Positions 18,320 through 26,763 of a stretch of 64,000 bases of DNA are shown piece by piece. Each line of letters starts with the position of its first letter. Position 1 is the first letter of the stretch. The notes below the pieces were generated by a model. The model was not told where the DNA came from, made no database searches, and saw only the letters and a program-made list of their open reading frames with translations. Source of the stretch: an uncultured Bdellovibrionales bacterium (lineage in GTDB: Bacteria > Bdellovibrionota_C > UBA2361 > OMII01); assembly GCA_964413875.1 (NCBI GenBank), contig CAYPUA010000007.1, forward strand, positions 45,139 through 109,138, read 5' to 3'. The position numbers and the translations under genes are program-made.

Positions 18320-19164
18320 GATCTACCCAGCTCTCTCAGCTCAAGGCCCCAACTCCTCCCCAGTCTGCGACCGCTCTGGCTCAGATGATTGAGCGTTTCA
18401 ATGAGAGCAGCTCGCGACTCGAAGTTCAGCACGCAGCAATCTTGCAAGAGGTTGAAGACTTAAAAGCTAAACTCCAGCGCAAGGAAGAGGAAGTGAAGCG
18501 AGCCGAGCGCCTGTCAATGTTAGGAGAGACCGCCGCAGCGCTGGCGCACGAGGTGCGTAACCCGCTCGGAGCTATCACGCTCTTCCTCTCGATGCTGAAG
18601 AGCGATATCTCCGACCGGCCTGGCGCCCTCGCGTTAGCAGAGGAGATTGAGAAGAGCGTTTCAAGCCTTAATCACGTTGTCTCCAACGTCTTGCACTTTG
18701 CAAAGCACAACAAGCTCTCCCTGGGCCCGGTCAACCTGCACTCCGTACTGCAGGAGGTTCGGCACCATTTCACAAGTCTCTACGGCACCAAAGCAACAGT
18801 AGAGCTAAGCCTGAGCGGAGCGCCATTTATCATCGCTGATGATAACGCCCTCCGTCAGTGCCTCTACAACCTTATCACGAACTCACTGCAGATCACCTCG
18901 TTCGCTGGCACCATCAAGATCGACGCGTCTGACGATAGCGCATCGGATGGAGTCCGAATGGTGGTGTCAGACAACGGGCCAGGCATTGCCGAAGATGTCC
19001 TGCCCCGGATCTTTGAGCCATTCGCATCGGGGCGCCGTGAGGGCACTGGGCTGGGGCTGTCGATTGTAAGGAGAATTATCGAAGGACACGGCGGAGAGAT
19101 CACGGCCCGAAATGCGGCTGGAGCTGAATTCGTCATCGTCTTGCCGAGAAGAGGAAAAAAGTAA
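18316..19164 (+). CDS. Cytoplasmic sensor histidine kinase with a coiled-coil N-terminus and no transmembrane segment.
   Basis: H-box LAHEVRNPLGAI; N-box; G-boxes DNGPGI and GTGLGLSIV. Overlaps the end of the TPR gene. Confidence 0.8.
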   Translation: MRSTQLSQLKAPTPPQSATALAQMIERFNESSSRLEVQHAAILQEVEDLKAKLQRKEEEVKRAERLSMLGETAAALAHEVRNPLGAITLFLSMLKSDISDRPGALALAEEIEKSVSSLNHVVSNVLHFAKHNKLSLGPVNLHSVLQEVRHHFTSLYGTKATVELSLSGAPFIIADDNALRQCLYNLITNSLQITSFAGTIKIDASDDSASDGVRMVVSDNGPGIAEDVLPRIFEPFASGRREGTGLGLSIVRRIIEGHGGEITARNAAGAEFVIVLPRRGKK

Positions 19165-19174
19165 GGACAGGAGA

Positions 19175-20650
19175 ATGAGTATGGACCTTAACAACACGTC
19201 AAATGAGCGTCTGGCACAGCCATCCCCGGCGCGAATCCTCATCGCTGACGATGACCCACACATGCAGCTCGCGATCAGCACCTGCTTGTCTCGCAAAGAG
19301 TACGAGCTCGTGATCGCCCCTAATGGCGTTGTAGCCCTTGAGCACCTCGAAAAAGGGGGGTTCGACCTCGTGCTCACCGACCAGCAGATGCCGGAGATGT
19401 CAGGTCTTGAGCTTTTGGCAGCGATGCAGAAGCGAAACATGGAAACGCCAGTCATTATGATCACCGCCTACGGCACCATCAACCAGGCCGTAGAGGCGAT
19501 GCAGAAGGGCGCATCCGACTTCATCACGAAGCCGTTCTCGGCCCAGGACTTGGAGCGCACGGTAGAGAGATGCTTAACGCCAGAGGCGCGCGAGTCTCGA
19601 AAGAGCATGGCTCACCAGCGCGGCGGCCGTCCGATCGTCACCAACGATCCGCTGATGATCCGAGTCCTGGAAGTCGCAGAGGCAGTTGCCCGAAGCGAAG
19701 CAACGGTTCTGATCCAGGGAGAGTCAGGCACTGGCAAGGAGCTGATTGCGCGATTTGTCCATGCCAGCAGCCCGCGGGCCCAGCAGGCGTTTGTTGCAGT
19801 TAACTGTGCGGCCCTGCCGGCAAGCCTGCTCGAAAGCGAGCTCTTCGGACATGAGAAGGGCGCCTTCACAGGGGCGCAAGCCCGCAAGATCGGAAAATTC
19901 GAGCTCGCCCACGGCGGCACGATTCTCCTCGACGAAATTTCTGAGATGGATCTAGCGCTTCAGGCAAAGCTGCTGCGAGTTCTTCAAGAGCGAGAAGTTG
20001 ACCGAGTAGGAGGCAAGGATCCGGTCTCGATCGACGTCCGAGTTCTTGCGACCACGAACCGAGACCTTGAGGATAGCGTCCGGGAAGGGAAGTTTCGTTC
20101 AGACCTGTACTATCGCCTCAACGTGATCCCGCTAACGCTCCCACCGCTGCGTGAGCGCGCAGCAGACATTAAGCTTCTGACCGAGCACTTCATGCGCCAG
20201 TATCTCGGCGACAATGCCGGCTCGCTCCCCTCGGAGGTTCTCGACTCCCTGCTGCAGCACTCGTGGCCGGGCAACGTTCGAGAGCTGCAGAATGCCGTGC
20301 AGCGAGCTGCGATTCTGTGTCGTGGCGGAACCCCTCGCCAATCGGACTTCCTGCTCTCCATGAGCCCATCAGAGCAGCTAAGCACGATGCGCTCGGAGGC
20401 TCCGAAGGCACGAAGCATCCATGACATGGTCGAAAAAGTGGTTGAGCAGCCGGGAGCGATCAATGCTTCGGGCCTCATGATCCGCTCTGGCGTGACTGTT
20501 CACGACATGGAGAAGGCGCTGATCCTTGAGACGTTGCGCACCACAAACAACAACCGCACAGAGGCAGCTAAGTTGCTCGGGATTAGTATCCGAACCCTCC
20601 GCAACAAGCTGCACGAGTACCGGGGAACAAGCCCAGGAGCAGAGGAGTAA
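19175..20650 (+). CDS. NtrC-family sigma-54-dependent response regulator (REC plus AAA+ plus HTH).
   Basis: Receiver domain ILIADDDPHM...DLVLTDQQMP; AAA+ [15 protein letters not shown]; GAFTGA; HTH NRTEAAKLLGISIRTLRNKL. Ribosome-binding site AAGGACAGGAG before the ATG. Confidence 0.85.
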   Translation: MSMDLNNTSNERLAQPSPARILIADDDPHMQLAISTCLSRKEYELVIAPNGVVALEHLEKGGFDLVLTDQQMPEMSGLELLAAMQKRNMETPVIMITAYGTINQAVEAMQKGASDFITKPFSAQDLERTVERCLTPEARESRKSMAHQRGGRPIVTNDPLMIRVLEVAEAVARSEATVLIQGESGTGKELIARFVHASSPRAQQAFVAVNCAALPASLLESELFGHEKGAFTGAQARKIGKFELAHGGTILLDEISEMDLALQAKLLRVLQEREVDRVGGKDPVSIDVRVLATTNRDLEDSVREGKFRSDLYYRLNVIPLTLPPLRERAADIKLLTEHFMRQYLGDNAGSLPSEVLDSLLQHSWPGNVRELQNAVQRAAILCRGGTPRQSDFLLSMSPSEQLSTMRSEAPKARSIHDMVEKVVEQPGAINASGLMIRSGVTVHDMEKALILETLRTTNNNRTEAAKLLGISIRTLRNKLHEYRGTSPGAEE

Positions 20651-20664
20651 GAGCCTCTGGCTTC

Positions 20665-21933
20665 ATGCGATATGCGGGCTGGCACAGCTCGCATAGCAGT
20701 GCGAACATCGGGGAGGGCAAGCGTGGTAGCCAGCCTCTTTGGGAAATCGTTGTGAAGCGACAAGCGCGCGGCAAGCTGTTACAGTTTAGCATAGGCCTAG
20801 TCCTATCCTTAGGGCTTGCAGAAGTCTTGCTCCGGGCTCTCAGTGTCGTTACGGCAGATGGCGCGGTGTTTCTGTTTCGGGCGCCGTGTCTCCCGCTACA
20901 AATCCCAGTGGCGCAAGTGGAAGAGGCGTTGCGCCGGTACGAGAGCGACCCTGGGCTTGTCATTCAGTACGATGCGCAACTTGGATGGTCGCCGCGACCA
21001 GGTAGCGTGTCAGCGGATGGCATGTACCGGTACGCGAAGGACGGCTCCCGCGTTGGGCCTGACAGCGAGCCCTCGGGCAAGACGGGAAAAGCAGTCGCCC
21101 TGTTTGGTGACTCCACTATGCACGGCACTGGAGTGCCGTGGCAGGACTCGATTGGCGCGCGCCTGTCTGCGACAAGCCCTTACAACGTGAAAAACTTCGC
21201 CCTCGGAGCCTACGGGATGGACCAGGCGCTACTTCGGTGGCGCGCGGTCAAAGATGAAGCGAAGCCAGACGTAGTCGTATTCGGATTTCAGGCCGAGAAC
21301 GTCAAGCGCAATGGGTCCATCTTTCGAGCCTTTTACACCTACGAGACTGTAGACATCCCGTTCTCTAAACCTCGCTTCGAGCTCAACGGAGAAAAGCTAA
21401 TACCTGTTAATCTCCCGACACTGCCGGCCACAGAGATCGTTCCCGTGCTGCGTAACTTTCAGAGAAGTCCGCTACGTAACTATGACTATTTCTACCAGCC
21501 GGGGCTCTACAGAGATTCCCTCCTATTCCGCTCAAGGCTGCTCGCGTTTGCCTTTGGAGCAGTGTTGATGAACAACCAGTATGTTGTAGCGGCCAAAGAG
21601 GAGGCTGTGTACTCCCCTCAGGGTGAGCTCGGCATCCTTGCTTTAGCGATTATGCGAAGCTTCAAGCGCGAGGTGGAAGAGACAGGCGCGCGTTTTGTGG
21701 TGCTGCATCTACCCCGTCGGATAGCAGTTGAGGCTGCTATGAAAGGAGCGCCCCTGACCTACGAACAGCTTCTGTCGACCGTTCGAAATGAATTTGGCCT
21801 AATCGATCCGCTCCCAAGAATGACGCAGCTCGCAAAAGATGAAGGTGTAACCAAGCTCTACGTCGATCCGTGGCACTACTCGGAGGCCGGAGCTTCGGTG
21901 GTGGCCCGGGCACTTTCCCAGGAGTTGCAGTAG
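20665..21933 (+). CDS. Membrane-anchored SGNH/GDSL-like hydrolase or acyltransferase (AlgX/PatB-like fold). Function inferred weakly.
   Basis: N-terminal signal anchor; GDS block VALFGDSTMHGTG; C-terminal DxxH (VDPWHYS). Confidence 0.45.
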   Translation: MRYAGWHSSHSSANIGEGKRGSQPLWEIVVKRQARGKLLQFSIGLVLSLGLAEVLLRALSVVTADGAVFLFRAPCLPLQIPVAQVEEALRRYESDPGLVIQYDAQLGWSPRPGSVSADGMYRYAKDGSRVGPDSEPSGKTGKAVALFGDSTMHGTGVPWQDSIGARLSATSPYNVKNFALGAYGMDQALLRWRAVKDEAKPDVVVFGFQAENVKRNGSIFRAFYTYETVDIPFSKPRFELNGEKLIPVNLPTLPATEIVPVLRNFQRSPLRNYDYFYQPGLYRDSLLFRSRLLAFAFGAVLMNNQYVVAAKEEAVYSPQGELGILALAIMRSFKREVEETGARFVVLHLPRRIAVEAAMKGAPLTYEQLLSTVRNEFGLIDPLPRMTQLAKDEGVTKLYVDPWHYSEAGASVVARALSQELQ

Positions 21934-22054
21934 GATGCAACGCGACGCTGGAGCATACGCACGGGATTCGACCGACCAACAGAGTGCACATCGCGGGGCT
22001 CTTCAGTTGAAAGGAGGTCGGAACTGCGCTACTGAAGAGCAGAAGCGAAGCCGT

Positions 22055-22801
22055 ATGATGTTCAAAGATCACGAAAATTCCCCGTGGCGAGCGCGCATTC
22101 ATAAGGTAATCAGAGTGCTATCGTGGGCTGCAGGAGTGTGGGCCGCCTGCGTGCTGCTGCTCAGGTTTATAAATCCGCCAATCACTCCTCTGATTGCAAT
22201 TCGGGCGATGGAGTATCAGTGGCGTGGACAGAACGTAATAACACAGTGGGAGTGGGTGCCTCTCGACCAGATTCCGTTGACGGTGCAGCAGGCTGTCGTT
22301 GCCGCTGAGGATGCTCGGTACATGGAGCATTGGGGTATCGACTTGGCAGCCATGGGGGATGCAATCGAAGATTCGAGCGGTCGTAAGCGCCCGCGCGGTG
22401 CCAGCACCATAACTATGCAGACGGTAAAGAATGTATTTCTTTGGCCTGGACGGAGTTACCTAAGAAAGGGACTCGAGGCGCTAATGGCACCTGTCGTCGG
22501 CGTGTTATGGGGGAAACGGCGTACCTTAGAAATCTACCTTAATGTGATTGAATGGGGAGAGGGGGTATACGGTATTCAGGCGGCATCAAGACGATACTTC
22601 GGCCGACCTGTGAGCCAACTCACCCTCGCTCAAGGCGCCGCACTCGCGGCGGTCCTTCCATCTCCCAGGCGACTCTCTCCAAATAATTTATCCCCGGTCT
22701 CTAGACAGCGCTACGACCGCATCGTCAAAGAGGCCTACGCCGTGCCCCTCCCGACACACTTCTACGCGCGGCAGGCTGGAAGGCGTAGGGCCCGCTCATA
22801 A
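22055..22801 (+). CDS. mtgA: Monofunctional biosynthetic peptidoglycan transglycosylase MtgA (GT51). The ORF could alternatively start at 21935.
   Basis: GT51 motifs AAEDARYMEHWGID, RGASTITMQTVKNVFLW, RKGLEA, LEIYLNVIEWGEGVYGIQAASRRYF, collinear with E. coli MtgA (~249 aa from 22055). Confidence 0.8.
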   Translation: MMFKDHENSPWRARIHKVIRVLSWAAGVWAACVLLLRFINPPITPLIAIRAMEYQWRGQNVITQWEWVPLDQIPLTVQQAVVAAEDARYMEHWGIDLAAMGDAIEDSSGRKRPRGASTITMQTVKNVFLWPGRSYLRKGLEALMAPVVGVLWGKRRTLEIYLNVIEWGEGVYGIQAASRRYFGRPVSQLTLAQGAALAAVLPSPRRLSPNNLSPVSRQRYDRIVKEAYAVPLPTHFYARQAGRRRARS

Positions 22802-22856
22802 GGCCGGACCCGGGGCTGTCAAAGCTGCTGCTCTGGTCTGGTAGAGGGCCAAAAAA

Positions 22857-22886
22857 TTGACACCCATAAAAGGTGCAACCTATTGA
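22857..22886 (+). promoter_or_regulatory. Candidate sigma-70-type promoter upstream of flgB: TTGACA, an 18-bp spacer, then TATTGA.
   Basis: Consensus -35 hexamer with a plausible -10 in an AT-rich stretch, ~60 bp before the flgB ATG. Sequence match only. Confidence 0.3.
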
Positions 22887-22945
22887 AATAAATACCCTTC
22901 GGGCTAGTACGCTCCTTGCAAAACCGTCCCCCAGAGGTGGAACCT

Positions 22946-23356
22946 ATGAAGCTCTTAGACTCAATGTTTGACCGGACGGTGGGTGGCTTAACCCGCGCCA
23001 TGGACCTTACCTGGAAGCGTAACCAGGCGCTCACGTCGAACATCGCGAACGCCGAGACCCCGCAGTACCGCGCAGTCGATGTGAACTTCGGCAAGGAGCT
23101 CGACCGGGCTTTTGGAACCACCGCAGACACTGACTCTCTAACGAAGACTAACGCGGACCATCTCGATGTGTCGTCTAACGAGGGTGGCAAGTACTTCGCA
23201 GACGAGAGTGGCACCGAGAAGTCAGACGGAAACAACGTGGACCTTGATCTGCAGATGGGCCGACTGACTGAGAATAGCGCGGACTACATAAGTGCAGCAC
23301 GGCTAATCCGACGACAGATTGGGCTAGTGCGCACAGCGATACGTGAAGGGAGATAG
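22946..23356 (+). CDS. flgB: Flagellar basal-body rod protein FlgB.
   Basis: N-terminal rod motif LTSNIANAETPQYRA. ~136 aa. GAGGTGG ribosome-binding site. Confidence 0.85.
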   Translation: MKLLDSMFDRTVGGLTRAMDLTWKRNQALTSNIANAETPQYRAVDVNFGKELDRAFGTTADTDSLTKTNADHLDVSSNEGGKYFADESGTEKSDGNNVDLDLQMGRLTENSADYISAARLIRRQIGLVRTAIREGR

Positions 23357-23359
23357 CAT

Positions 23360-23788
23360 ATGTCAGACTTGGTAGAGGTAGTTGCATCAGCACTCAACGC
23401 AGCTCGCACGCGGGTTAATACTCTTTCAGCGAATCTTGCGAATGCCGAAACAACTCGCACTCCGGAAGGGGGACCGTACCGAGCACGTCATGTGGTGCAA
23501 GAGGCGGCAGATATGCCGGGCTCATTTTCAGAGGCTCTTGATGGCATGACTCTCAAGCGCCCGATGGTCTCGCAGATCATCGAAGATACTTCGGAGCCAC
23601 GTAAGGTGTACCAGCCTGGGCACCCCGACGCGGACCAGCAGGGGTTCGTAGCGTATCCAAATATCAACGTCGTGAGCACCATGACCGACCTGATGTCAGC
23701 CACTCGCCAGTACCAGTCGGCAGTTGCCGCGCTCGATTCGCACCGCGACCTGCGTGACGCTGCTTCGAAAATTCTCACGCAAGCCTAG
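23360..23788 (+). CDS. flgC: Flagellar basal-body rod protein FlgC.
   Basis: LSANLANAETTRT and C-terminal TDLMSATRQYQSAVAAL. Confidence 0.85.
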   Translation: MSDLVEVVASALNAARTRVNTLSANLANAETTRTPEGGPYRARHVVQEAADMPGSFSEALDGMTLKRPMVSQIIEDTSEPRKVYQPGHPDADQQGFVAYPNINVVSTMTDLMSATRQYQSAVAALDSHRDLRDAASKILTQA

Positions 23789-23796
23789 GAGCAGGT

Positions 23797-24114
23797 ATGT
23801 CGATTCAGGGCATTCAATCGCTTATTCAGCAGGTCCAGCAGGCACAGACGACCGGCGTTCAGAAGACGGACGGCGTGCAGGGCTCCTCTGCCGACAGCTT
23901 CGGCCAGATGCTGCAGAATGCGCTCCAGGAGGTGAATGACCTCCAGGGGCAAGCTGAGGACCAAATTGAGGGACTCACAACGAATCGGCCGGGGGTGACG
24001 CCACACAGTACGATGGTTGCCCTTGAGAAAGCTGATGTGGCGTTTCAGCTCATGTCTGCAATTCGCGGAAAGATCATTCGTGCATACGAAGAAGTAATCA
24101 GGACTCAGGTTTAA
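23797..24114 (+). CDS. fliE: Flagellar hook-basal body complex protein FliE.
   Basis: ~105 aa with the C-terminal FliE motif ALEKADVAFQLMSAIRGKIIRAYEEV. Confidence 0.8.
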   Translation: MSIQGIQSLIQQVQQAQTTGVQKTDGVQGSSADSFGQMLQNALQEVNDLQGQAEDQIEGLTTNRPGVTPHSTMVALEKADVAFQLMSAIRGKIIRAYEEVIRTQV

Positions 24115-24133
24115 TTCACTTTAGAGAGGTTTT

Positions 24134-25849
24134 GTGGCCCCATCCGTTGATCCGAAAGCGGTACTGTCGAGCCTTGTGGCCGGGTACCTAAAGCTCCCCC
24201 TCGCGCAGAAGGTTCTGTTTCCCTTCCTCGTCATCTTCTCAGTTGGCTCGATTGTGTACGTGTCGAAGCTGGCGACTCAGCCAGACTACACAGTCCTCTA
24301 CAGCGATCTGAGCTCAGGAGACGCCGCCGCAGTTGTTGAGCGGCTGAAAGAGGCACGGGCATCGTACCGCGTCGAAGGTGGAACGATCTCGGTGTCGCCC
24401 CCAGAGGCGGTGCACGAGCTTCGCCTGAGTCTCGCCTCAGAGGGCATTCCCAAAACGGGTAGCGTTGGTTTTGAGCTGTTTGACGGGACAAACTTTGCAA
24501 CGACGACCCTCGGCGAAATGGTCAAGAAACAGCGCGCTATCCAAGGCGAGCTGGAGCGCACTATCATGTCGCTCGATACGGTAGTTTCTGCGCGGGTCCA
24601 TATTTCGCAGCCGGAGAAGACAGTTTTTGCGAAGAGCGCCCAGGAGCCGTCGGCCTCAGTTCTTCTCAAGCTGCGCCCTGGCGCAGAGCTCGACAAGAAG
24701 CAGATTAGCGGCATATCCAACTTCGTTGCGAGCAGCGTTGAGGGCCTCAAGCCCCAGCACGTGACGATTATCGATATGTACGGCAACCTTCTCACGTCGG
24801 CAGAGCCAGAAGGGGGAGAGGGGCATCTCGGAGCGGACGCCGGCCGGCTCCTCTACATTCGCGAAGTTGAAAAGGGGTACGCGCAGCGTATCGAAGTTCT
24901 TCTCGCAAAAGTGCTCGGACCCGGCAGAGTTGTAGCGCGGGTAAACGCAGATATCGATTTCTCCTCAAGCGAGCGCGAGGAAGAGAGCTACGATCCTTCG
25001 GGGCAGGTAATTCGATCCGAAAGAACGGTGGAAGAGGGAGCAGCAGCCCAAGCTCGCGGAGGAATACCGGGCACGGTGTCCAACATCTCGAACGGTCCGC
25101 CCATCGTAAACCCTCCAGCCGGTGCACAGCAGCAGAATAATCGCTCAGAAAAGGTGAAGAACTTCGAAGTTTCGCGGGCAATCACGCGAAGCGCCCAAGC
25201 GCGCGGAAAGGTGGTTCGCCTCTCGGCAGGAGTTCTCGTTGACGGAAAGTACACCGAGATTTCACAGGTAGGCAGCGACGGCAAGCCAACAGGAAAGATG
25301 CTTAAGGAGTACACCCCGCTCACGCCAGAGATGATGTCGCAAGTCGAGGGCATCGTGAAGTCGGCCATCGGCTATGACACGAGCCGCGGAGACCTGGTAA
25401 CTGTGGAAAATGTTCCATTCTTCACGCCGGACGAGAGCCTTGCTGCTGAACTCGCCAAGGCCGATGACTCAGCCAAGTGGTATCGAATCGGCTCCATGGC
25501 AGTGCCAGTGTTGGCGCTGCTGCTCTTCGTGTTCGTGGTCTTACGGCCGATGGTTAAGTTCCTGACGAGCAGTTCGGACCCAGACGTTGACCTTGCACGA
25601 CTCCTCCCGTCGGAAGTCACCGATCTGGAGTCTCGTGCACAGGCGCCCGGGGGCCAACATGCGGCGGACAGCTCCGGGGCTGTTGGGGCCATCGAAGGGG
25701 GACGACGAGGCGGCGCTCTTGATCTGGAATCGTCGGTGGATCTTGAGCAGCTCGGAGAGATCATGGCCGAGAATTCCCGGCTTGTGAAGGAGAATCCGCA
25801 GCAGGCAGCGCTCTTGATTCGCTACTGGCTCAATGACGGGAGGCTCTAA
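24134..25849 (+). CDS. fliF: Flagellar M-ring protein FliF.
   Basis: 571 aa with two transmembrane segments flanking a large periplasmic YscJ/FliF domain, and a C-terminal cytoplasmic tail. Confidence 0.85.
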   Translation: MAPSVDPKAVLSSLVAGYLKLPLAQKVLFPFLVIFSVGSIVYVSKLATQPDYTVLYSDLSSGDAAAVVERLKEARASYRVEGGTISVSPPEAVHELRLSLASEGIPKTGSVGFELFDGTNFATTTLGEMVKKQRAIQGELERTIMSLDTVVSARVHISQPEKTVFAKSAQEPSASVLLKLRPGAELDKKQISGISNFVASSVEGLKPQHVTIIDMYGNLLTSAEPEGGEGHLGADAGRLLYIREVEKGYAQRIEVLLAKVLGPGRVVARVNADIDFSSSEREEESYDPSGQVIRSERTVEEGAAAQARGGIPGTVSNISNGPPIVNPPAGAQQQNNRSEKVKNFEVSRAITRSAQARGKVVRLSAGVLVDGKYTEISQVGSDGKPTGKMLKEYTPLTPEMMSQVEGIVKSAIGYDTSRGDLVTVENVPFFTPDESLAAELAKADDSAKWYRIGSMAVPVLALLLFVFVVLRPMVKFLTSSSDPDVDLARLLPSEVTDLESRAQAPGGQHAADSSGAVGAIEGGRRGGALDLESSVDLEQLGEIMAENSRLVKENPQQAALLIRYWLNDGRL

Positions 25850-25851
25850 CC

Positions 25852-26763
25852 GTGGAGCAGACAACTGACGCGCCGGAGGCTTTGGCTGCCGAAACAAAGT
25901 CGGAGACCCCGCGGCTTTCGGCCTATGCGCCAACTCCGTACGTCGATGAGCACTGGACTGTTCTTAATGCTGGAGAGGAGAGGCATGGATTCATGCCCCT
26001 TGAACTTTCAGCAGTGTCTGCATCTCTCCCGCAAGCTGATCCGATGTTTGAGGACTACACCAGTCAGGTAGCCGGGCGCTACGTAGTCGGCGAGCAGCTC
26101 GTGCGCGGCGGAAGAGGCGACAACGCGGGGCAGCGTGACGAGGGTGCAGCTTCCCGACATGGAGATTCGTTGCCAGAGCAAAGCTCAGCAGAGAGCCAAA
26201 ATGATGCTGATGTGATCGTTGTTGAAGCTTCTGGAATAGGAGCCGTTGAGCACGAGCGAGCGATAGCGGAGGCTCGAGCTGCGGCGCTGGCAGAAGGCAG
26301 GGAGGCTGCGCAGACAGATGCCAAGGCTCGTCTGGAGGCCCTTGAGGCCCGCTTCGCAGCTATGCTTGATGACCTCAAGACCCAGGTTGCAGAGAGCCTA
26401 GCAGCAGCAGAGGAGCGGGCCGCAGAGCTTGCTCTCTCTGTCGCGCGCAAGCTAATGGGAGCTGCCGCAGAATCGTCGCCTGAATACCTCAAGCCGCTGC
26501 TGAAGGAAGCGATCGCTGCGGCAGGAAACGCAGAGATCCGGCGAATCAAGGTTAGCCCAAAAGACTACGAGGCTCTCAAGGCTCTCCCAAGAGAGTCGCT
26601 CGGCGCCGGCAGCGCAGCGGGGTGGACCTTCGAGCCGGATGAGTCCATCCACATCGGGTGTGTCCTCGTCACAGCCGCTGGAGAGGTCGATTTCAATCTC
26701 GATAAGGCTTGGGAGCGAATTCGCAAGCAGGCCCTGCATCCGGTGGGAGCCACCGATGAGTAG
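25852..26763 (+). CDS. fliH: Flagellar assembly protein FliH (export ATPase regulator).
   Basis: Ala/Glu-rich coiled-coil centre; C-terminal FliH/YscL-like region RIKVSPKDYEAL...VTAAGEVDFNLDKAWERI. Lies immediately 5' of fliI. Confidence 0.7.
   Translation: MEQTTDAPEALAAETKSETPRLSAYAPTPYVDEHWTVLNAGEERHGFMPLELSAVSASLPQADPMFEDYTSQVAGRYVVGEQLVRGGRGDNAGQRDEGAASRHGDSLPEQSSAESQNDADVIVVEASGIGAVEHERAIAEARAAALAEGREAAQTDAKARLEALEARFAAMLDDLKTQVAESLAAAEERAAELALSVARKLMGAAAESSPEYLKPLLKEAIAAAGNAEIRRIKVSPKDYEALKALPRESLGAGSAAGWTFEPDESIHIGCVLVTAAGEVDFNLDKAWERIRKQALHPVGATDE

Noticed and set aside
21935-22054. Possible 40-aa N-terminal extension of MtgA starting at the ATG right after the upstream stop.
   Set aside because: The extension is hydrophilic and low-complexity. 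Alignment to E. coli MtgA begins at the ATG at 22055, just before the membrane anchor. Kept only as an alternative start.
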